Part shown: positions 45,510 through 52,762 of the stretch, in pieces
How positions within the stretch are numbered: position 1 is the first letter of the stretch
Layout: the number at the start of each line of letters is the position of its first letter
Source of the DNA: Candidatus Chromulinivoraceae bacterium
GTDB lineage: Bacteria > Patescibacteriota > Saccharimonadia > Saccharimonadales > Saccharimonadaceae
Reading direction: 5' to 3'
Assembly (NCBI GenBank): GCA_035478595.1
Contig: DATIJL010000010.1
Span: 35,733-99,732, forward strand
DNA: 64,000 nucleotides
The notes under the pieces: model-generated
What the model was told of the DNA's origin: nothing
Databases searched by the model: none
What the model saw: the letters and a program-made list of their open reading frames with translations, nothing else
Made by a program: the position numbers and the translations under genes

Positions 45510-48032
45510 TTAAAGCTTGGCTAAGGCTTCGCGAACAGCTATAGTATCACGCTCAAGAAGAGCAACGCGACCTTCAATTTCGCTTGCTCCGATCGTAATA
45601 ACTCGCGTTAAGGCCGGAATATCCTTCAGTGGGCCAAAGAATGCACGGTATTCGCTTAGTTGTTGCCTTGTCACGAGGGCACTTGCGGCAAAACGTGGGT
45701 AATCATCGTAACTCTTATCACCACCAAACGTCTTTTCGATCCATGACCAGTTGTCGCGCATCCATTGCCACGCCATCACGCGCCCATCACGGTTTCTAAT
45801 AAGCCAGACGAACCAATGTCCTGCGTCTTGCGGACGAACAGTCGAAGCATCTGGAATGAGATCAAGAAGACGCTTTACTACTACTGCGTCGCGGGTAGAC
45901 GTGAGACCATTGGCGATATCTTGTCTAAGATCAGATGATGCAGTAGATCGGTATTGTGTGACGAGCGTATCTATAATACGTTGGCTGTCAGTGTAGCGTA
46001 CCGCGGTGCCAATAATAAGCGCACGAAGTTCGGGGTCGAGCCGGTCAATGGACACGTCAGTGTAAAGCTTTTTGGCTGTTTCTAGTACACTTGGCTCCTG
46101 TGAATAGATCATCATGCCAATGATATTGGCCCGCAGCTTTGTATCGGTCTCAGACTCTGCGTCTTTTACTTCCCAGCCAAGTCGTTCGTATTGGGCGCGG
46201 GCAATTCTACCAGCCAAAGCTCGCAGCTGATCCTCAGCTGTCTTATCGGTCTCAACAAACTTTTTAAGTTCTCCTAGGGCGAGTGAAATGATATCCCAAA
46301 CGGCTTCTGTAGTTTCGTGCTGGTATGCTTCGATAAGAGGGATCAGTGTAGCACTGGAGATGATACCGCCTCGGGCTAGGAGTGTTTGTTCGTGTAGAAG
46401 TTGCAGGCGGTCGAGTGGCGCAAGCTCGCCAGTACGAACCTGTGCGATGAGCTTCGCAAGGAGTTCGTCGTCATATTTTGTGATAAAATGCGCGCTATCG
46501 CCGACGTTAAGACGTAATGTGCTAGCATCCAGGTAATCTACGGTAAGAGTTGGGGTTTCAAGCAAAGCTGGCACCTGTGGGTCCGAAGCATTCAGTGGTA
46601 CTGGCCATATTTTTTGTGTGGGCTCGTGTGGTCCAATAAAGAACTGGTGTTGTGAAAGGGTAATCTTATTGTCAACCACCGTCGCCTCTATCACTGGATA
46701 GCCAGATTGTGAGATCCAGGTATTCATAAGCTTGGTAATGTCTTTGCCGCTCGCCTGTGAGAGCACTGACCATAGATCATTACCTTCGGTGTTGCTATAT
46801 TTGTGAGCAGTGAAATACGCTTTCAGACCAGTCTGGAATGCTTCGTGACCGATATATTGTTGGCACATGCGGAGTAGGCGAGCGCCTTTGGCGTAGACTA
46901 TAGCGCCATCAAATAGTGTGCTTATCTCATCCGGATGGTTAACCTCTACTTGAACTGGCTGCACGCCTTCAAGGCTATCTCGACGGAGGGCAAGAATACT
47001 CTCGGTTGTAGAGAAGTCTAGCCAGATGTTCCAGTCCGGATGAAGAGCGTCCACGGCGATATATTCCATAAGTGTAGCAAAACTTTCGTTGAGCCAGAGG
47101 TTGTTCCACCATTTCATAGTTACAAGATTGCCAAACCATTGGTGGCTTAGCTCATGGGCAACGACCGTTGCGATATAGTGCTTGCTGCTGATGCTTGTTG
47201 TTTCTGGATCGGCCAATAGGGCTACTTCACGATAAGTGATGAGACCCCAGTTTTCCATTGCACCCGAGCTAAAATCTGGTACAGCTACGTGGTCGGATTT
47301 TGGTAGTGGATAGGGTGTATCAAAGTATGTTTCAAAAAAGTCGATGGTTTTTACAGCGTTATCAAGTGCAAAATCAAGACTTGTGGGTTTTTGCGCAGGT
47401 GTAGCCCAAACATTTACTTCAACGCCACGCTTTGTCATGGCAGTCCTTTTGTGTAACTCGCCAGCCATCCAGGCAACTAGATACGAGCTCATCCGAGGGG
47501 TGGTATCAAAAACTGTTATTAAACGGTTGTCTTCTAACTTTTGGCTGTGAACAGGCATGTTCCCGAGTACAATTATATCTGGCTCAGTCGTAAGAGCGAT
47601 GTCGTATGCCGCCTTTGCTTCTGGCTCATCAATACAGGGGAAGACTTCCCGAGCGTGATGGCTCTCGAATTGTGTCATAAGTAATTCTTTTTTAACGCCG
47701 TTATCGTCGTAGTAGCAGGGATAGAGACCGTGTAGAGCATCGGTAATGATACCATCAAATTCGAAGACGACGATATGACGGCCAGGGGCGATGTCAGCGC
47801 GTGTAACTGTTAACTCATCGTTTTCACCTAGACTATATTCAGCTTTTTTACCATCAACCAACACCGAAGTTATGGTCAGATCTTTAGCATGAACAGCAAT
47901 TCCACCAGGTACGGTGCTAATGCCGTTCATTGTGATAATTCCACTAAATGTACGTTCTACTCGCTTTAGGTCGAGGCTAAGTTGATAATGTTCTGGTACG
48001 AATTTTTCTATGAGTCGAGAAACAGTCTGCAT
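45510..48032 (-). CDS. pepN: aminopeptidase N (M1 family)
   Basis: 840 aa with GAMENWG exopeptidase motif and the HELSHQWFGNLVT...WLNESFA zinc site. Confidence 0.9.
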   Translation of the reverse strand: MQTVSRLIEKFVPEHYQLSLDLKRVERTFSGIITMNGISTVPGGIAVHAKDLTITSVLVDGKKAEYSLGENDELTVTRADIAPGRHIVVFEFDGIITDALHGLYPCYYDDNGVKKELLMTQFESHHAREVFPCIDEPEAKAAYDIALTTEPDIIVLGNMPVHSQKLEDNRLITVFDTTPRMSSYLVAWMAGELHKRTAMTKRGVEVNVWATPAQKPTSLDFALDNAVKTIDFFETYFDTPYPLPKSDHVAVPDFSSGAMENWGLITYREVALLADPETTSISSKHYIATVVAHELSHQWFGNLVTMKWWNNLWLNESFATLMEYIAVDALHPDWNIWLDFSTTESILALRRDSLEGVQPVQVEVNHPDEISTLFDGAIVYAKGARLLRMCQQYIGHEAFQTGLKAYFTAHKYSNTEGNDLWSVLSQASGKDITKLMNTWISQSGYPVIEATVVDNKITLSQHQFFIGPHEPTQKIWPVPLNASDPQVPALLETPTLTVDYLDASTLRLNVGDSAHFITKYDDELLAKLIAQVRTGELAPLDRLQLLHEQTLLARGGIISSATLIPLIEAYQHETTEAVWDIISLALGELKKFVETDKTAEDQLRALAGRIARAQYERLGWEVKDAESETDTKLRANIIGMMIYSQEPSVLETAKKLYTDVSIDRLDPELRALIIGTAVRYTDSQRIIDTLVTQYRSTASSDLRQDIANGLTSTRDAVVVKRLLDLIPDASTVRPQDAGHWFVWLIRNRDGRVMAWQWMRDNWSWIEKTFGGDKSYDDYPRFAASALVTRQQLSEYRAFFGPLKDIPALTRVITIGASEIEGRVALLERDTIAVREALAKL

Positions 48033-48156
48033 ATATCTATTGTAACAAAGGTATGCAAAAGATATGAAACGAAAACTACTAGGCTACTGCACGATCAAGA
48101 GTCGTCTAGAGCGATGTATGGTTGTTCTGTTTCTTGTTCGAAACTAAAAGATGCTC

Positions 48157-48192
48157 CAAAAAATAAATATGGCTTCGTGGAGGCGAAGCCAT
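48157..48192 (-). terminator. intrinsic terminator of the hsp20 gene
   Basis: Stem atggcttcg / cgaagccat with a 6-nt loop. On the minus strand it is followed by atttattttttgg. Confidence 0.7.
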
Positions 48193-48205
48193 AGGGCGGA
48201 TGAAT

Positions 48206-48631
48206 TTACTTTTTCTTGGTTTTGACAGTAATCTTTTTAGGTTTGGGAAGTGGCTGAAGTGGTATGGCAACCTTAAGGATACCGTCTTCTAGGTGGGCGA
48301 CTATAGAGTCGCTGTCTGCTCGATCTGGTAGAGAGATACGACGATAAAAACTACTAGAGCTTTCTCGTACGACATATTTTTTGTCTTTGTCGTCCTCTTT
48401 TTCATGCTTTTCAGCCTGAATGATGAGCGAACCATTCTCTACATGTACATCAACGTCGCTTTGGTCGAAGTGCGGTAGATGCGATTCAATAACGAGTTCC
48501 TTATCATTCTTTGTATAGACGTCAGTTGTTGGTATGGTCATACTTTTGGGTGACAACCAATCATCTCCAAAGAACTGTCGCTGCAGTGCGTTAATCTCCG
48601 CAAATGGATCGAACTTTTGTATATTTGTCAT
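48206..48631 (-). CDS. Hsp20/alpha-crystallin small heat-shock protein
   Basis: 141 aa with an alpha-crystallin domain (FYRRISLPDRADSDSIVAHLEDGILKVAIP). Confidence 0.9.
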   Translation of the reverse strand: MTNIQKFDPFAEINALQRQFFGDDWLSPKSMTIPTTDVYTKNDKELVIESHLPHFDQSDVDVHVENGSLIIQAEKHEKEDDKDKKYVVRESSSSFYRRISLPDRADSDSIVAHLEDGILKVAIPLQPLPKPKKITVKTKKK

Positions 48632-48697
48632 ATAATTCTCCTCTCCTTCTTACCCCTTTATTGTAACGCTTATGCTTATGTCCTATCAAGCAAAACT

Positions 48698-48706
48698 TGG
48701 TATAAT
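48698..48706 (+). promoter_or_regulatory. extended -10 element (TGgTATAAT) upstream of the small peptide gene
   Basis: tggtataat at 48698-48706. No convincing -35, which extended -10 promoters tolerate. Confidence 0.35.
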
Positions 48707-48766
48707 AAGGATTGTGGTGTGCACCATCAAATAACCAAATAAATGCTCTTGCAGAGGAGAATATAT

Positions 48767-48841
48767 ATGGGAATGGTAGAAATTGCACTTGGACTGTCAG
48801 TAGTCGCAACGATAACCTGGCACTTCTTCACACAACAATAA
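48767..48841 (+). CDS. 24-aa hydrophobic peptide (unannotated small ORF)
   Basis: RBS gaggag 6 nt before ATG 48767. Product is MGMVEIALGLSVVATITWHFFTQQ, with TAA at 48839-48841 and a hairpin 13 nt downstream. Too short for the ORF track. Confidence 0.4.
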   Translation: MGMVEIALGLSVVATITWHFFTQQ

Positions 48842-48854
48842 ATAGGATATAACT

Positions 48855-48874
48855 GGGCGGCCTAAAGGCCGCCC
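48855..48874 (+). terminator. GC hairpin after the small peptide ORF
   Basis: gggcggcc-taaa-ggccgccc, a perfect 8-bp GC stem, followed by ttgtgg (a weak U tract). Confidence 0.45.
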
Positions 48875-48896
48875 TTGTGGTAAAAAGGAGATTATT

Positions 48897-49076
48897 ATGG
48901 CAAAATATAGTCCAAAATCACAAGAAAAAGTTAAAAAAGCAGTTGAAGAAATGAAAAAGGGCAAGCTTAAAAGCGGTACGAGTGGCAAAAAAGTAACTAG
49001 CCAAAAACAAGCTGTGGCCATCGGGCTCAGTGAAGCTCGTAAAGAGGGTGCAAAAGTGCCTAAAAAGAAATCTTAG
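48897..49076 (+). CDS. small basic protein (DUF6496-like, KQAxAIGLSEAR motif)
   Basis: 59 aa, RBS aaaggag. Product is MAKYSPKSQEKVKKAVEEMKKGKLKSGTSGKKVTSQKQAVAIGLSEARKEGAKVPKKKS. The family name comes from memory of the motif and was not searched. Confidence 0.6.
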   Translation: MAKYSPKSQEKVKKAVEEMKKGKLKSGTSGKKVTSQKQAVAIGLSEARKEGAKVPKKKS

Positions 49077-49090
49077 TTCGTAGGGGGTAT

Positions 49091-49624
49091 ATGACAGATC
49101 TTACAGGCAAACGAATCGCCATTGTGGCAACGGATTATTTTGAAGAATCAGAGCTTGTTGAACCATTAACGCAGCTTCGAGACATGGGAGCCGAGGTAAT
49201 CGTGGCTGCTCCGCATGATGACTTTATACAAGCTTTACGACATGTTGAAATGGGCCGTGAGGTGCCGGTCGATACGACAATCGATAAATTGGATTCATCT
49301 AAATTTGATGCGGTGGTTATCCCGGGTGGGGTAGTAAATGCGGATCATCTTCGGATAGAAAAGGCTGCACAGGAATTTGTGCAGGACATGGCTGATGCGA
49401 GTAAGCCAGTCGCCGCAATATGCCATGGAGCCTGGTTGCTAGTCTCGAGTGGGCTTGTGCGCGGTAGAACGTTGACAAGCTACCATACATTAGCTGACGA
49501 CATAATCAACGCTGGCGGCAAATGGGTAGATCAAGAAGTGGCAGTTGACGGTAAATTTATTACCAGTCGTAAGCCCGACGATATTCCTGCGTTTGTTGCA
49601 GCTATTATAGATGCGTTACGCTAA
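49091..49624 (+). CDS. DJ-1/PfpI family protein
   Basis: 177 aa with the nucleophile-elbow motif AAICHGAWLL and FDAVVIPGG. Confidence 0.9.
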   Translation: MTDLTGKRIAIVATDYFEESELVEPLTQLRDMGAEVIVAAPHDDFIQALRHVEMGREVPVDTTIDKLDSSKFDAVVIPGGVVNADHLRIEKAAQEFVQDMADASKPVAAICHGAWLLVSSGLVRGRTLTSYHTLADDIINAGGKWVDQEVAVDGKFITSRKPDDIPAFVAAIIDALR

Positions 49625-50619
49625 TCGGCGACGGGAGAGTAGCGTCTTTTGCGGCTACGATCAGTTTCGTCTTCGATCTCTTGACCTACGATCTCTTCGA
49701 TAATATCTTCGATCGTAACAATGCCAACAATGCGCTCATCTTTTTCGACGGGAATGAGGTGGGTGCTGGTGGCAATAAACTTGCGAAGCATCGTATCGAG
49801 TGCGGTCTTACTGCCAACTAGACGCACAGGGTGTAGTGTCAGATCATCAACACGGTAGGTTTTTTCATCGAAGTCAACATCGACGAGCTCTTTCATGAGT
49901 AGAACGCCGTAACACTGTGATCTATCTCGATTAAAGATAGGTATACGGCTGCGTCCTGCAGCTTTTATCTCATCGATTTTAGCATCGGTCAAAATAGTAT
50001 CTGGAGTGAGCCAGAACACCTTTTCGATTGGCATCATAATATCACGTACTTTTTTCTCACTTAGTTGCAAAGCCCCCCGGATAATTTCAACCTCATCTTC
50101 ATCGAGTTCGCTTTCTTCGTGACCAAGATGTTCACTGATCATTATGCCAAGTTCACGGCGTGACTGTAGGTGCATAGGTTCTTTTTTAAAAAGACTATCG
50201 AGAAGCAGTTGTAGCGGCTTTGAAACCGGAAAAGTAACCGTAATCATAATATACATAGCCCAACGAAACCTAGCGGTATAAGCGAGAGCGTGGCGGTTAA
50301 AAATAGCCTGGGGCAAAATCTCACCAAAAATGACTGTTGCAAGCGTAGCAATCGCTCCTGCAAAAATACCGTATACGACACTTTCAAGTACAAGTGATGT
50401 GGCGGAAACGGCGGCAACGTTAGTAATGAGGATGGCCGCAAGGGTTAAATGAGTATTGTGACGAAGCGGCAATACATGTTTGGCGTTGAGGTTACCAAGT
50501 TTGGCTTTTCGCTGGAGATCATGAATATCAAGCGACATAAGTGCTACGTTAAGTCCAGAACAAATGGCCGAAAAGCCAATAAGGACAATGACAATTAAAA
50601 CGACAAGAACTATATTCAC
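49621..50619 (-). CDS. CNNM/DUF21 + CBS-pair membrane protein (putative divalent-cation transporter)
   Basis: 332 aa with four N-terminal TM helices (DUF21-like), then tandem CBS motifs. No CorC/HlyC C-terminal domain. Confidence 0.8.
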   Translation of the reverse strand: MNIVLVVLIVIVLIGFSAICSGLNVALMSLDIHDLQRKAKLGNLNAKHVLPLRHNTHLTLAAILITNVAAVSATSLVLESVVYGIFAGAIATLATVIFGEILPQAIFNRHALAYTARFRWAMYIMITVTFPVSKPLQLLLDSLFKKEPMHLQSRRELGIMISEHLGHEESELDEDEVEIIRGALQLSEKKVRDIMMPIEKVFWLTPDTILTDAKIDEIKAAGRSRIPIFNRDRSQCYGVLLMKELVDVDFDEKTYRVDDLTLHPVRLVGSKTALDTMLRKFIATSTHLIPVEKDERIVGIVTIEDIIEEIVGQEIEDETDRSRKRRYSPVAD

Positions 50620-50697
50620 AATGATAAATTAGAGTATGCTTTCAGAGATATTATTGTACTACAGAAGAACGCTGAATACAAGTATATTTTTACGCCG

Positions 50698-50738
50698 GTG
50701 TAGCGCTTCGATCTCCCGGAGGGGTCGAAGCGCTACAC
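50698..50738 (-). terminator. GC-rich hairpin terminator of cassette 3
   Basis: Perfect 14-bp stem gtgtagcgcttcga / tcgaagcgctacac with a 13-nt loop, 10 nt after the stop at 50749. Confidence 0.65.
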
Positions 50739-50748
50739 GCGGCTGACG

Positions 50749-51264
50749 TCAGGACCGGTCGGTGATAGTCCGCTCCTTCTCGCGCAGTGAGACCAACGAT
50801 GCTGCCGTGTTACCGATTGCAGCGCTGACCACGCGGTCGAGTTCGCCCTGTACGCCCGAGCAGGCAGCGACGTTCGGGTCCAGCGAGGTCCGCGAGTCAT
50901 TGTCGAGCTTGGTGGATACGGAGACGTACACGCCACCGGTCCAGCGACCGGGTCCTTCAGGAATCGCCTCGCCGTACTGAGCGAATGCATCATCCGAGTT
51001 CATGCGGTAGGCTGCGGCGGTATTGGCCTTGCCTACGGTGTTGACAGCGAATGCCTCGCCATCACCAACCGTACGCTCGCCCCACTGGACGAACAGGCCG
51101 TCCACGACGGTGCCGACGCGCATGTGCAGCGCATCAGGACCGTTCGGCCCAGCTGTAACTCCGGAGACGTAGAGTGCATGGAACGTGGCCTCACCGACAT
51201 TAAGCGCGATCGTCGCGATCTGCGTGTCGCTGAGAACGGCGAGGTTGAGTGCCGACTCATTCAT
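50749..51264 (-). CDS. hypothetical protein, GC-rich cassette 3 (171 aa)
   Basis: ATG at 51264 (MNESALNLAVL). The track ORF extends to 51351 through AT-rich DNA. About 70% GC in a hand-counted block, with G/C-biased third positions. Any GlcG/DUF336-like resemblance is very tentative. Confidence 0.6.
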   Translation of the reverse strand: MNESALNLAVLSDTQIATIALNVGEATFHALYVSGVTAGPNGPDALHMRVGTVVDGLFVQWGERTVGDGEAFAVNTVGKANTAAAYRMNSDDAFAQYGEAIPEGPGRWTGGVYVSVSTKLDNDSRTSLDPNVAACSGVQGELDRVVSAAIGNTAASLVSLREKERTITDRS

Positions 51265-51394
51265 GATTTTACCCCAGGCTTGTGCGGATGGTACTCTGAC
51301 GTGATTACGGTAGCAGAAAAAATATGAATGTGCAAATTGTAATAGAGCCAACTGTGCGTAGCGTTATAATTAGTAGTATAAGGAGGACGAAATT

Positions 51395-51739
51395 ATGAAT
51401 GCACGTGAATTACGAGACGAGGCAGGCAAAATGCGTACTCGGGCTAAGGCGTCAATTACTGATGCTGAGCTGACGAAAGTAACTGCTTCCGGCTATCAAG
51501 AGAGGGGTAGCGAAGATGAAGCGCGAATTCAGTATGATCGCGTGGTGCAGTTAGAAGAAGAGGCGCGTCACCTAGAGCAACAGGCACAGCAGGCCGAGGA
51601 AGAGGCACTGCAAAAAGAGCGTGAGGCGGCTAATATTGAACGACAACAAGAACAGGTGAAGCGAGATGCGCAGACGCAAATTGATGATCTTGAAAAACAA
51701 AAGAGAAATCTTAGGGGAGGCCCGATCGGGTTATTCTAG
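51395..51739 (+). CDS. coiled-coil protein, unknown function
   Basis: 114 aa, E/Q/R/A-rich heptad-like sequence, RBS aaggagg. Normal composition for this window. Confidence 0.6.
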   Translation: MNARELRDEAGKMRTRAKASITDAELTKVTASGYQERGSEDEARIQYDRVVQLEEEARHLEQQAQQAEEEALQKEREAANIERQQEQVKRDAQTQIDDLEKQKRNLRGGPIGLF

Positions 51740-51745
51740 CGGCTC

Positions 51746-52312
51746 ATGGATTTTTCTTTTCTTGAAGGATCGGCAAGCGAAGTCGCACCTTTACTACTTG
51801 GGTGTATGCTTGAGCGCCAGCTTGACGGCCAGATTGTGCGTGTGCGAATTGTCGAGACCGAAAGCTATGACCAAACAGATGCGGCTAGTCACAGCTATAA
51901 GGGCAAGACTCCTCGGACAGATGTTATGTTTGGGCCGGCTGGTCATTTGTACGTATATTTTACCTACGGCATGCATTATTGCTGTAATGTAACGGTTGGT
52001 TCGGAGGGGATTGGAGCTGCAGTGCTTATTAGGGCGGTTGAGCCCCTCAAGGGTGAGGATCTATTGTCTGTCTATAGGAGTGGAAAGCAGGGAGTAGAAA
52101 TCTCAAACGGGCCAGCCAAGCTATGCAAGGCGCTTGCAATCAATAAAGCAATGAATGGCCATAATCTTCGGCAGGCTCCACTAAAGCTTGTTTCTCAGCC
52201 ACCGCTCTTAGAAGACCAGCTTATAACGACAACACGTATTGGCGTTAGCCAAGCAAAAGATAAGCCGTGGCGGTTTTATATTAAGGACAATCCCTATGTG
52301 TCTCGTTGCTAA
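51746..52312 (+). CDS. mpg: DNA-3-methyladenine glycosylase (Mpg/AAG family)
   Basis: 188 aa. RIVETESYDQTDAASHSYKGKTPRTDVMFGPAGHLYVYFTYGMHYCCNV matches the Mpg core. Confidence 0.9.
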   Translation: MDFSFLEGSASEVAPLLLGCMLERQLDGQIVRVRIVETESYDQTDAASHSYKGKTPRTDVMFGPAGHLYVYFTYGMHYCCNVTVGSEGIGAAVLIRAVEPLKGEDLLSVYRSGKQGVEISNGPAKLCKALAINKAMNGHNLRQAPLKLVSQPPLLEDQLITTTRIGVSQAKDKPWRFYIKDNPYVSRC

Positions 52313-52330
52313 AATTACAACGAAGTGTGA

Positions 52331-52359
52331 TTGACGTCACAGACAAGCAAGAGTATCAT
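52331..52359 (+). promoter_or_regulatory. sigma70-type promoter for cassette 4 (TTGACG-17-TATCAT)
   Basis: ttgacg at 52331-52336, a 17-nt spacer, tatcat at 52354-52359. The -35 overlaps the 8-bp palindrome tgacgtca. Confidence 0.5.
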
Positions 52360-52432
52360 CATTTCTTAGCACCACGTCAAGTGACTGCCGCGAGCGGTAG
52401 TCTCGACCCTTGTGACACGGAGGCCGACAGCC

Positions 52433-52600
52433 ATGTCTCACCCCACGCCCGAGAGCCAGAGCCAACCCCCAGTTCCGTCCCAGCCTCCGGCCAGCCAGTC
52501 GGAGCGTCCTTCGCTGTCACGGGGAATACAGCGCAGAGAAGCGCTGTACACCCAGGCGGACGCTCAGCGTGCACTGGGCTTTCGCGGCCGCATGATCTGA
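52433..52600 (+). CDS. small P/S/Q-rich protein, GC-rich cassette 4 (55 aa)
   Basis: ATG lies 9 nt after RBS ggagg. Product is MSHPTPESQSQPPVPSQPPASQSERPSLSRGIQRREALYTQADAQRALGFRGRMI. About 73% GC in a hand-counted block. A second frame (52306-52635) has similar GC3, so the coding frame is not secure. Confidence 0.4.
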   Translation: MSHPTPESQSQPPVPSQPPASQSERPSLSRGIQRREALYTQADAQRALGFRGRMI

Positions 52601-52618
52601 TTATTCAGGTGTCGCGCC

Positions 52619-52659
52619 GCCGTCACTCCCTCTAGCTACTAGCTGAAGGGAGTGACGGC
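52619..52659 (+). terminator. GC-rich hairpin ending cassette 4
   Basis: Perfect 13-bp stem gccgtcactccct / agggagtgacggc with a 15-nt loop. No U-run. Confidence 0.55.
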
Positions 52660-52716
52660 TGCGCATAGAATTTGCTTGCAATACAATAAATCTCGCGTAT
52701 ACTATAGATAGTACAT

Positions 52717-52740
52717 TCCGGCCATCAGGTCGGATTTTTT
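52717..52740 (+). terminator. terminator-like hairpin + U6 in the nusA leader
   Basis: uccggcc-auca-ggucgga (7 bp with one G-U pair) followed by tttttt, 22 nt before the nusA ATG and just downstream of a tatact -10 at 52698-52703. Confidence 0.4.
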
Positions 52741-52762
52741 GCTAAAAAGGAAGGAAACAATT

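Noticed and set aside
23053-51292. Shared 9-mer gcggatggt at borders of GC-rich cassettes 1 and 3 (23053, inverted at 23100-23108, and 51284-51292) as a possible attachment or recombination site
   Set aside because: There are only three occurrences, two of which are the arms of one hairpin. The 9-mer is absent at cassettes 2 and 4, so chance cannot be excluded without genome-wide statistics.
52306-52635. 109-aa ORF (TTG start) overlapping the mpg end and spanning cassette 4
   Set aside because: It would start inside mpg, upstream of the predicted promoter, with no RBS. Its GC3 (about 65% by my count) is no better than that of the 55-codon ATG-initiated frame. It is kept only as an alternative noted under cassette 4.
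23022-52660. GC-rich blocks as simple assembly chimeras or contamination
   Set aside because: This is not excluded, but I consider it unlikely. Each block is short and internal to the contig, and is bounded precisely by intact flanking promoters and terminators. Three have AT-rich promoters positioned correctly for the GC-rich ORF. Read mapping is still required to settle it.
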